In this document: positions 26,232 to 34,973 of the stretch, in pieces
How the letters are laid out: each line of letters begins with the position of its first letter
Numbering within the stretch: position 1 is the first letter of the stretch
Virus record (IMG/VR): IMGVR_UViG_3300046010_007863
DNA from: an uncultured virus (IMG/VR IMGVR_UViG_3300046010_007863)
Taxonomy: Duplodnaviria; Heunggongvirae; Uroviricota; Caudoviricetes
Length of the DNA stretch: 64,000 bases
Strand: one strand, 5' to 3'
Translations under genes and position numbers: made by a program
The notes under the pieces: generated by a model
The model's input: the letters and a program-made list of their open reading frames with translations, nothing else
The model's database searches: none
Told to the model about the DNA's origin: nothing

Positions 26232-27446
26232 ATGATAAGTAAACTGTTCAGTCTAAAAAACCTTATTTGGTTTTGTGCGATTGGATTAGCAGTATTTTCC
26301 GGATATTATTCCGTATTCGGTATATCCAAATTATTTTCAGGTGGTTCGTGGTCAATTATTGGTATGGCGGCAATGTTGGAACTTTCCAAACTTGTTGTTG
26401 TAACTTTTTTACACGATAACTTCAAAACACTCCGACTTCTTTTCAAGGGGTATCTTCTATCTGCCGCAGTAGTTCTTATGGTAATCACCTCTATTGGTGT
26501 TTATGGGTATCTAACAAACTCATACCAAGAAACTGCGAAGGTGGTTTACAAAACACAAAATGAAATTGTACTTCTTGACCAAAAGAAAAAACTTTTTGAA
26601 GAACAAAAGATTCAGTTAGACAAAGCAGTTGAAGAAAAAAATTCACGTCTCAAATCACTTGACCAAATCCGTGTATCACAACAAAATGCTTACACACAAC
26701 AGCTATCGGAAAAACGTGGAACTGGTGGTCTATCAAAGAATATCGCTTCAATAGACAAATCATCCGAAGGATTGAACTCTGATATTTCCACTCTTACACA
26801 AAAGTCATTCGTACTTTCAGATTCTATCGCTGCAATAGAACAAACAAAACTAACACTCAACAACGAAACATTCTCATCGGAACTTGGACCACTTCTCTAC
26901 TTGAGTCGTATCACAAACATTCCGATGGATAGTGTTGTTAACTGGTTCATTCTATTTCTCGTTATTGTATTTGACCCACTTGCGGTTAGTTTGGTAATAG
27001 CCGCTAATCATTTGAGTGATAAAGAAAAACAAAAAGAAACATTAGATGAATTGAGTGAGATTGGTCAAGACATAGGAATCGGATATGAAGAACCAACTCA
27101 AAGTTTCCCACCAGCTGTAAATGACCAAATTACAGATTCGGTTACGCAGGCTCACTTACACGTACAGTCACAGATTACAGATTCTGTTACACAGATTAGA
27201 GAGGAACCACAACTGGTTGTTGAAGAACCAGAAGTAGAACTTGCACTTGGTGATATTGTGGATGATACACCAAAGAAAGAAAGAAAGAAAAGAAAATCAA
27301 AAGATTTGAAAAAGTCAGAGGAAAGTAGTATATTAGATGAATCATCTAATGATGATGAACAAAGGAAGTTTTATGAGGAGGAAATTCAACCTGCTCAATT
27401 ACCAGCAGTAACATCAACGGGGTATTCACGAGGCATTTCTGTATGA
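26232..27446 (+). CDS. Multi-pass membrane protein with coiled coil and RebB-like peptide in its C-terminal tail
   Basis: 3 N-terminal TM helices, LELSKLV, ITSIGVYGYL, ELGPLLYL, IVFDPLAVSL; FPPAVNDQITDSVTQ. Confidence 0.8.
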   Translation: MISKLFSLKNLIWFCAIGLAVFSGYYSVFGISKLFSGGSWSIIGMAAMLELSKLVVVTFLHDNFKTLRLLFKGYLLSAAVVLMVITSIGVYGYLTNSYQETAKVVYKTQNEIVLLDQKKKLFEEQKIQLDKAVEEKNSRLKSLDQIRVSQQNAYTQQLSEKRGTGGLSKNIASIDKSSEGLNSDISTLTQKSFVLSDSIAAIEQTKLTLNNETFSSELGPLLYLSRITNIPMDSVVNWFILFLVIVFDPLAVSLVIAANHLSDKEKQKETLDELSEIGQDIGIGYEEPTQSFPPAVNDQITDSVTQAHLHVQSQITDSVTQIREEPQLVVEEPEVELALGDIVDDTPKKERKKRKSKDLKKSEESSILDESSNDDEQRKFYEEEIQPAQLPAVTSTGYSRGISV

Positions 27447-27850
27447 GATATATGACGTGTCAAAATAGTCAACCTACGAGTAAGTATTTCAAAGGAAGAC
27501 GTTGTTACGAAGAAGTTTTGGTAGATGAAAATACCAAATCTGTACTTTGTTGGAAGTGCACTGCAATGATGTTACCACCACCTGAAGAAAAGAAGGTTAG
27601 TGGTTATCCTCGTGGGTGGAAGTTTATGTCTGAATTTGTTGATAAGGACGGTAATGTATATCACAAGGGTGAATTACAACCTGAATTATTTGGAACTTTA
27701 CCACCAACTGAAATAAAAGAGTCAACAAAAGAAAGAAAAAAGAAAACTACGATAGACGATAAAATTACTAACGAATTTGCAAAGTTAGTTCAGAGTGGTA
27801 AAATAAAAAAAATTACTAAAAAGACCGTGAAGAAAACTACGAAAAAATAA
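27443..27850 (+). CDS. Cys4 zinc-finger-like protein
   Basis: C...C...CWKC, GYPRGWKFMSEFVDKDGNVYHKGELQPEL. Confidence 0.7.
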   Translation: MRYMTCQNSQPTSKYFKGRRCYEEVLVDENTKSVLCWKCTAMMLPPPEEKKVSGYPRGWKFMSEFVDKDGNVYHKGELQPELFGTLPPTEIKESTKERKKKTTIDDKITNEFAKLVQSGKIKKITKKTVKKTTKK

Positions 27851-27862
27851 AGGAGTAGAATT

Positions 27863-28522
27863 ATGGCAGGTTTCTATGATGATGAGGATGAGAACGTACA
27901 AAAAACAAGTACAAAGAAATCAGAAGAAAAAGGTGAAGATTTACCAGTAAAGTGGAAAGAGGCTCTTTCACAAATTGATTATGGTATTGATGTAGAAAGC
28001 TCTACTCTGTATATGTTTGGTGATATTGCAGATGGAACTCTTTATGATTTTATGTTGAGAATAAAGGCTATTCTTCACATGAGAGAAGATGATAAGAAGG
28101 ATAATCCAATCAACATTATTATCAATTCTGACGGTGGTGATGTATATGAAGCACTCGGTATGATTGACTTTATTCAATCACTCAACGTAAAGGTAAACAC
28201 AATTTGTAGAGGACGTGCAATGTCCGCAGCCGCCCTACTTCTTTGTTCGGGAACAGGTGTTCGTGCTGCTTCAAAAAACAGTACAATCATGTTCCATGAA
28301 ATGTCATCAGGTATCTATGGTAAGTCATCAGACATGAAGGCAAACGTTCAACACATGGAAAAGTTGGAAGAAGTCCTTGTTCAGATTATGAGTGAAAACT
28401 CAAACAAGGATGCCAAGTTTTGGAAAGAAACAACACTCAAAGATTATTATCTATCACCTGAAGAGGCACTCGGACTTGGTGTAATTGATTCAATCATCGA
28501 GCCAAAATTCAAGAGAGGATAA
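27863..28522 (+). CDS. clpP: ClpP-family protease subunit
   Basis: INSDGGDV, GRAMSAAALLL (Ser), IMFHE (His), DYYLSPEEALGLGVID. Confidence 0.9.
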   Translation: MAGFYDDEDENVQKTSTKKSEEKGEDLPVKWKEALSQIDYGIDVESSTLYMFGDIADGTLYDFMLRIKAILHMREDDKKDNPINIIINSDGGDVYEALGMIDFIQSLNVKVNTICRGRAMSAAALLLCSGTGVRAASKNSTIMFHEMSSGIYGKSSDMKANVQHMEKLEEVLVQIMSENSNKDAKFWKETTLKDYYLSPEEALGLGVIDSIIEPKFKRG

Positions 28523-28523
28523 T

Positions 28524-28847
28524 ATGGAATTTTTAGTATTATTTTTAATACTTCTTCTTTTGAGTGCTGGGTATGTCATTTATAACCTGTATACCAAATA
28601 TGCTCAGTTAGAAATTATTGCACAGGAGAATGTGGATTTCATTATGTCAATGAGGAATCGAGTTCTGAGTCAACAATCTTATCTAAAACAATTGGATAGA
28701 AAAGGTGCATTTGAATCTGACGATGAAACAGGTTATTTCTTCAAAGAATTGAAGAAGATAATAAACGATATTGCTCTTTATCTTGAATTAGAATCGGAAC
28801 AGGATGATGAAGAAAAAGACGTTCGTGGCACAGTAGGGAGATTCTGA
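28524..28847 (+). CDS. Membrane-anchored hypothetical protein
   Basis: N-terminal TM helix; LDRKGAFESDDETGYFF. Confidence 0.7.
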   Translation: MEFLVLFLILLLLSAGYVIYNLYTKYAQLEIIAQENVDFIMSMRNRVLSQQSYLKQLDRKGAFESDDETGYFFKELKKIINDIALYLELESEQDDEEKDVRGTVGRF

Positions 28848-29578
28848 TGGAAGTGAAAAAGAAAAAACAGAACGTCTATTTTACACAAGAAACAGAAGAC
28901 GCTATAAACGAATATAATCGTTGTGAAGATCCTATTGAACGAAATATCATTTACACTAAAAGAATTCATCCAGCGTTCTACAAACTATCTGAGATAATGA
29001 TTCACCGATTCAAGTTTTATAACTTTGATGTATCACATGAAGACGTAAAACATGAAGTTGTTGCCTTTCTACATGAGAAACTCGGTAAATTTGATGGGGA
29101 AAGTGGATTCAAAGCATTCTCTTATTTCTCAATCGTTGCTAAGAATTATCTTATTGCAGAGAATAACAAAAACTACTATCTTTACAAGAAGAGACATACA
29201 ATAGAATCTATTGACGCTGAAAGAAACATCGTAAATGAACAACTACGAAGTGAGTTTGTAGACGAACAAAAGGATTTTATTGATATTTTTGTGGACATAA
29301 TGGATCAATTTTTACCACTTATATTTACAAAAATAAGAGACTTACAAGTTGCAGATTCTGTTCTCTATCTATTCAAGGCGCGAGAAAATATAGAAAACTA
29401 TAACAAAAAGGCACTTTATATCCTGATTAGAGAAAGAACAGGCATAAAAACACAGTACATAACAAATGTAATTACAAAATTCAAATTCATATATGGCAGA
29501 CTCTATCAGGCATATTCGGAAGGTCAAAACATTGCAGATATGGATTGGTTTGAAATACAAGACATTATTGAAGACTAA
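28847..29578 (+). CDS. Phage sigma factor (T4 gp55-like late sigma)
   Basis: Region-2-like LGKFDGESGFKAFSYFSIVAKNYLI; located ahead of the structural module. Confidence 0.7.
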   Translation: MEVKKKKQNVYFTQETEDAINEYNRCEDPIERNIIYTKRIHPAFYKLSEIMIHRFKFYNFDVSHEDVKHEVVAFLHEKLGKFDGESGFKAFSYFSIVAKNYLIAENNKNYYLYKKRHTIESIDAERNIVNEQLRSEFVDEQKDFIDIFVDIMDQFLPLIFTKIRDLQVADSVLYLFKARENIENYNKKALYILIRERTGIKTQYITNVITKFKFIYGRLYQAYSEGQNIADMDWFEIQDIIED

Positions 29579-29592
29579 CATAGTTATATCAT

Positions 29593-29964
29593 ATGAGCTT
29601 TGACGCAGAAATATTCGGAAATAAAAAGTTCTCGGACTTACTAAAAGACATTTACGAGAACCAAAAGAAAAAAGACCGCCAGATAAATCTTCTGATTGCG
29701 GACTTGAAACCGCTTATTACAAATATAGGTGATGCGGCTTTACTTGTTCCTGTCATCAAAGATTATATGGAAGTATCGGTCAAGAATGATGAACATCTTG
29801 TAAAATTAGCCGCTGTTATTCAACGTATGGTTTCAAAGACTACGGAAGAAGGAAGTTCATTCTTGACAGATGAAGAAAAGGATGCTCTTCTAAAAGAGAT
29901 CAAAACAATAGGTGAATCACACGAGGCAACAGAGTCAGATGAACTTTCAAAAGATAATACTTAA
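29593..29964 (+). CDS. Conserved phage hypothetical protein
   Basis: 123-aa helical ORF in operon. Confidence 0.7.
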   Translation: MSFDAEIFGNKKFSDLLKDIYENQKKKDRQINLLIADLKPLITNIGDAALLVPVIKDYMEVSVKNDEHLVKLAAVIQRMVSKTTEEGSSFLTDEEKDALLKEIKTIGESHEATESDELSKDNT

Positions 29965-31270
29965 TGCACAAGAATATGAATGGGCTCCTGCTGAAGTAGT
30001 TTCGGTTGATTATGAAACACGTAACCCAAGTAGGCTGTATACCATAAAGTGTAAGTTTTTGAATGCGGAGTCTGCTGCAACTCCAACTGATTTGATTCAA
30101 GCTAGGGCAATAAATGCCAATATAAAACAAATCCCAATAAAAGGTGAGATAGTTTTAGTTTGTAAAGCACCAACCCCATATCACTCTGGTGCAGGATATG
30201 GTCGAGAATACTACTACACACATCCAATATCTATACAGTCTTCTGTTCACCACAATGGAATTCCTGGTGCAAATAAAGTTCTTCTTGATGACAGGAATAA
30301 CACACAGAAATCAACGGATGCATCACTCGGTATAGTAAAAAAACTTTCGGAAAGAACGGATATAAAGGAAACAATAGACCCAACATTTCCAGAAAGAAAT
30401 GATGTTTATCCAATACAACCATTTTCTGGTGACCTTATTATAGAGGGTAGATGGGGACAATCAATTCGTCTTGGTTCCACCGTTGATACAAGACGTAAAT
30501 ACCAACTAAATCCAAAGTGGGGAGTTGGAACTGGTGCAACAGGTAATCCAATAACTATTATTTCTAATGGAACAAATCCAAAGAAAATAGAAAAGTCATT
30601 CAATCAATTTCACATAGAAAGTCCTGATGATGACGATGCATCAATTTGGCTAACATCCGGTCAGTCTGTAAAATTTACACCGTCTTCAACATATACACCA
30701 TCAATCTTTGATAAAGAGATTGGTCTGTTTAGAAAGAACTTATTTGGTGGTAATCAAATAATACTTGCGTCCGATAGAATAGTTCTGAACTCAAATAAAC
30801 AAGAACTGGTTGGTTTTGCAAAAGAAGGTATTGGGTTTGCCACGGAAAAAACTTTAGCACTAAACGCCAAGAATATAGTTGAGATTGAGGGTGGTAGGAT
30901 TTCTTTGGGATTCAACGCAACATCTCCGATTATATTGGGTGATCGGCTTATAGAAGTCCTAAAGTCCCTAATGGATATTTTGATTGACATGAATCAATCT
31001 ATTGTAAAGATGACACATCCAACTGGAGTAGGTCCTTCGGGTACACCAATTAATAGTGGAGAATACGTGAGTTATGTCAATGCTTTATCTAGATTAATAA
31101 ATTCATTACCTAAAATCGCGAGTAAGTTCGCTTTCGTAAATGAGTTTTCTGGTGGACCATCTAGCGTAGATAAAAATAAGTTTAGTGAACTTAAGAAGAA
31201 TTCCTTTATTGTAAAGGTACCTGAAAAACAAGGTGGTGATAAATCTGGAACAGTAACTTTCAACGAGTAA
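29939..31270 (+). CDS. Baseplate central spike (gp5/gpV-like)
   Basis: N-terminal OB-like P.KGE.V, GDLIIEGRWGQSIRLGS, beta-helix-like QIILASDRIVLNS, tip THPTGVGPSGTP. Confidence 0.7.
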   Translation: MNFQKIILNAQEYEWAPAEVVSVDYETRNPSRLYTIKCKFLNAESAATPTDLIQARAINANIKQIPIKGEIVLVCKAPTPYHSGAGYGREYYYTHPISIQSSVHHNGIPGANKVLLDDRNNTQKSTDASLGIVKKLSERTDIKETIDPTFPERNDVYPIQPFSGDLIIEGRWGQSIRLGSTVDTRRKYQLNPKWGVGTGATGNPITIISNGTNPKKIEKSFNQFHIESPDDDDASIWLTSGQSVKFTPSSTYTPSIFDKEIGLFRKNLFGGNQIILASDRIVLNSNKQELVGFAKEGIGFATEKTLALNAKNIVEIEGGRISLGFNATSPIILGDRLIEVLKSLMDILIDMNQSIVKMTHPTGVGPSGTPINSGEYVSYVNALSRLINSLPKIASKFAFVNEFSGGPSSVDKNKFSELKKNSFIVKVPEKQGGDKSGTVTFNE

Positions 31271-31274
31271 AGAT

Positions 31275-34010
31275 ATGGCAACAAGAGAAGAACTCGCGGA
31301 AAAATATAGAAAAGACAGAAAGGAAAAAATTCTAAAACTTCAGGGTATATTTAGTTCTCAAATTACCCAAGAAGTAAAAAGATATTCTAAACTGCAAATA
31401 TCAGACCCTGAACGTGGTTTGATTGATTCATCTTATATTTCTGCTTTTTATACAGCGAATGATTTTTATCCAAAAGATGAACTGTTATGGGATTTTTTGA
31501 ACCTTCCAACATCTCAACGTGGGTCAAAAATAAGAAAAGATTTTCAAGACAAACTATCAAACAAAGATGAACCATTTGGTTATTTACTTCTGACCGGTTA
31601 CTGTGGAATTTCACAAACAGGTACTTTTATAAATAAGAAATTCTCATTGAATGTTGGTGTGTTTGAAACATCATATCTAAAACTTCCAAATGAAACAAAT
31701 CCATCCCTAATAGAAAGTATTAGAACAGATTACAACACCATAGTTGCAGAATCATATCAAGAACTTAGTAAAGCATTATCTTCTTTATCATATCCAATCT
31801 CACAGATAAATGAAAATAAAGGATTTTCTAAACATATAGAAAGTATAAATGAAGAACTGGAAGGTACTAATTTTCTAGAAATATCATCCATACCTGTCAT
31901 AGTAAATTCATTTATTGATATACCCGATGGTACTAATGAGGGAGTACGTGGCGAGTTCAATAACATTTTTCCAAAACCGGAAGGATGGGATGAACTTTTT
32001 GGTACACCACAAAATCCTGGTACAACTGGTGTTAGTGGAGTAGCTGGTGTAGCTGGTACAACTGGTGTTAGCGGAGTAGCTGGTGTAGCTGGTACAACTG
32101 GTGTTAGCGGAGTAGCTGGTGTAGCTGGTACAACTGGTGTTATCGGTACAACCGAAGAAGTAAATAATCAGACCACGGATTCCGGTCAAACAAATGCAAC
32201 ACCTCAAGCTGGAACTTCTGGTAATACTCGAAAATATCTCTCAATAGAAGCTGTAAAAGATGACGAAATTGTTATAAGAACGGAGAATACTGGAAGTTCA
32301 AATTACTTATCAACTGTATTTTTACAAGATGACCCAGTTGTTGAAGACTATTATAGTGAAAGTCAAATAAAACAAATTCAAACAGAAAAGGTAAATTCAC
32401 AATCTAAAGATAAAGTACAACCTGGTAGTGAAGTAAATAAAGAAGTAGTAAATAAAGAAATAGAGCAGAAAAAACAAGAAACAGAAGCTCAGAGAAAATC
32501 AGAAGAGTCGGATGCTTTAGAAAAAAAACAAGTAAAAGAAAAGTCAAATGGTGTACCCGATGGTTCTAATCCCGATTTACCTGAAGGTAAAACTGTAAAA
32601 ATAGAGGAAAAATCAAAACCAATACCTGAAGATAAAAAACCAAAAGCAATGACACAGATTCCACCACGCGCATTGACTTTTATAAAATGGATGAATAGTG
32701 TTGGTAAAGATCCGACGAATGGAATATTTTTTAGAGGAGAAGGTAAAAAATTATACCCAAAGAATTCACAACCCCCAATAGATTTTGGCAGTGTTGAAAG
32801 TAGATTTAAAAATCTATTCTCTTTTGGTTCTCAATTGGATAAAATTTTCAAAGGATATACTGTTGAATCTCCAATAGATGCGGCACTTCTAATGAATTCC
32901 GGTGCAGTTGGTAGATTCAATAAAAATTGGCCGTATATGTTTGGGGAAGGGTCGGAAATACACGCCGCAATAACAAGAGCTCGTAGTGTAGTAAAAGAAT
33001 CACAAGGAGGTATAGGTTCATTTGCTGCCGTTATCGATCACCCAAATGAAATAGATACAAATTGGGCCGAAAATCCATTTTGGTGTGGTCTGTGTACAAA
33101 TTTTATGCTTTATTCTAACGGAAAATATTCATCTGATAGTAATCCTGTGGACATAACAAACACAAGAAACGCCCCAACACTTTATTCCAAGTCACCATTT
33201 AACATTTTTGGAGAACGATTGGATAGTCGAAAGAAGAAATTACAGAATGATATATCTTCTAAAAAAGGAACCATTTCTGGTAATAACTCTTCAATAAAAA
33301 CAAAGAAAACATCACTAGAAAAAGAAAAACCAAATGCAGAAAAAAATGAAGCAAACTATAGAGACAATACAGATCCAACAAAATATAATCAAAAAAAAAT
33401 AGATGGATTTTACATAAAAGTTAGAAACCTTGAGAGAGAAATACAAAATCTAGAGAATGCAAACAAAAAATTGGAAGAAGATATAAAAGAATATCAATCG
33501 GAGTTAGATAGTATTTCAAAAAATTCATCTTCTGGTACTTTTTATAACGAAAATAATGTTGTTGCATTATTTGAAAATGGATTTCATTGGACATCAAACG
33601 GTCTTACTGAAGCTGGTAAACAACTTTGGGATAAGATAAAAAATTGGCCAGGTGCATTTGTGGTGAGAAGACCTGACGGTAACGGTTCTGGTCACGTAGA
33701 AACACTATTACATTTTTCACCGACCGGTGAGATATACACTATAGGTGGAAATACCGGACTAGACAACTCGGATGGAAATGGACAGGAGTATGGATTCAAA
33801 AAATATACCGGTATTCACGATTTCAATGGTAAAATACCGTATTTCTTTGTCCATAGACGAGGAGATGCAAAACCATATACTAACGGAATTGGATTTAGTG
33901 TCAAACAAACTGAAACTTACAAGAAATATGTAAACGACTTACAAGTAAAAAAAGACAAAGAATTGAATCCTGCTGCTTTCAATATTTTAAGAAATATAAT
34001 GGAGATATGA
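31275..34010 (+). CDS. Large virion-associated protein with C-terminal CHAP/NlpC-like amidase motifs
   Basis: PFWCG (Cys), SGHV (His), TIGGNT; lies between the spike and gp25. Confidence 0.6.
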   Translation: MATREELAEKYRKDRKEKILKLQGIFSSQITQEVKRYSKLQISDPERGLIDSSYISAFYTANDFYPKDELLWDFLNLPTSQRGSKIRKDFQDKLSNKDEPFGYLLLTGYCGISQTGTFINKKFSLNVGVFETSYLKLPNETNPSLIESIRTDYNTIVAESYQELSKALSSLSYPISQINENKGFSKHIESINEELEGTNFLEISSIPVIVNSFIDIPDGTNEGVRGEFNNIFPKPEGWDELFGTPQNPGTTGVSGVAGVAGTTGVSGVAGVAGTTGVSGVAGVAGTTGVIGTTEEVNNQTTDSGQTNATPQAGTSGNTRKYLSIEAVKDDEIVIRTENTGSSNYLSTVFLQDDPVVEDYYSESQIKQIQTEKVNSQSKDKVQPGSEVNKEVVNKEIEQKKQETEAQRKSEESDALEKKQVKEKSNGVPDGSNPDLPEGKTVKIEEKSKPIPEDKKPKAMTQIPPRALTFIKWMNSVGKDPTNGIFFRGEGKKLYPKNSQPPIDFGSVESRFKNLFSFGSQLDKIFKGYTVESPIDAALLMNSGAVGRFNKNWPYMFGEGSEIHAAITRARSVVKESQGGIGSFAAVIDHPNEIDTNWAENPFWCGLCTNFMLYSNGKYSSDSNPVDITNTRNAPTLYSKSPFNIFGERLDSRKKKLQNDISSKKGTISGNNSSIKTKKTSLEKEKPNAEKNEANYRDNTDPTKYNQKKIDGFYIKVRNLEREIQNLENANKKLEEDIKEYQSELDSISKNSSSGTFYNENNVVALFENGFHWTSNGLTEAGKQLWDKIKNWPGAFVVRRPDGNGSGHVETLLHFSPTGEIYTIGGNTGLDNSDGNGQEYGFKKYTGIHDFNGKIPYFFVHRRGDAKPYTNGIGFSVKQTETYKKYVNDLQVKKDKELNPAAFNILRNIMEI
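32017..32143 (+). repeat. 36-bp tandem repeat, about 3.5 copies (GTTGVSGVAGVA)
   Basis: ctggtacaactggtgttagYggagtagctggtgtag repeated. Confidence 0.9.
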
Positions 34011-34011
34011 T

Positions 34012-34452
34012 ATGAGTTTGGATAAACTCCTGAAACAAATAAGAGTAATAATCAGAGAAGAAATCGAATATGCTCTTGATAAAAAAATCAATGAGTCTAA
34101 AAAGACTACTGATAAAAAAACATTAGAACATGGTATGTCTTTGATGAAAGAATTATCCTCGATAAAGAAGCAACCTCAAAAGGAAATGAAACCATCAAGA
34201 CCTTCAAAAACTGGATTATCTAGTATTCAAGATATTCTAAATGAAACAAGAATGTCAATGGAACACGCAATGCAGGAAGAAGAATATCCGGAAATGCGAT
34301 TCAATACCGATTCGATTATGTCAGGGAGAATGAATAATGGAATGATACCCGATGGATATAATCAAGAAGAAATAACACCAGAAGTATCAAAGGCACTTAC
34401 TCGTGATTATTCTGCTCTCATGGCAAAAATAAATGAGAAAAAAGGAGTCTAA
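34012..34452 (+). CDS. Hypothetical protein
   Basis: IIREEI...INE; ALTRDYSALM. Confidence 0.7.
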   Translation: MSLDKLLKQIRVIIREEIEYALDKKINESKKTTDKKTLEHGMSLMKELSSIKKQPQKEMKPSRPSKTGLSSIQDILNETRMSMEHAMQEEEYPEMRFNTDSIMSGRMNNGMIPDGYNQEEITPEVSKALTRDYSALMAKINEKKGV

Positions 34453-34454
34453 TA

Positions 34455-34973
34455 ATGGCATTTCGCAGGAAAACACTATTACTCAATCCAACTGACTCAA
34501 ATACATCTCAAGTTCAAGATTTGAGGAGACCTGGTGTAATAAAACCAATCGGGGTAACATTGCCGTTCAACAATCCGAATGGTATATTCTTTACGAGTAC
34601 AACAAACAAGAATCAGGTACTGAGTAATCTAAAGAATCTCTTACTTACTGCAAAAGGTGAAAGATATTTTGAGCCAGAGTTTGGAACAGATATTAGATCT
34701 ATATTATTTGAGAATATAACCGATGAAGAAGAATTTACAAATAGAATTCGAGGAGATATAGAGACTGCAATTTCAATTTGGTTACCATACCTAATTGTAA
34801 CAGAACTAACAGTAAATCTGAACATTTCCGACGATGGTAGAGTTGATGATCCAAATCATGCAATTAGTATTTTTCTACGTGTATTAATTTCAGGAACAAA
34901 CATATATTTGCCAGTTAGGATATTTATATCTGAAACAGCAACTATTCGTGTAATTGAAGAGGCTCAAAACTAA
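34455..34973 (+). CDS. Baseplate wedge protein, gp25/GPW-like
   Basis: NLKNLLLTAKGERYFEPEFGTDIRSILFE, ISIWLPY. Confidence 0.9.
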   Translation: MAFRRKTLLLNPTDSNTSQVQDLRRPGVIKPIGVTLPFNNPNGIFFTSTTNKNQVLSNLKNLLLTAKGERYFEPEFGTDIRSILFENITDEEEFTNRIRGDIETAISIWLPYLIVTELTVNLNISDDGRVDDPNHAISIFLRVLISGTNIYLPVRIFISETATIRVIEEAQN

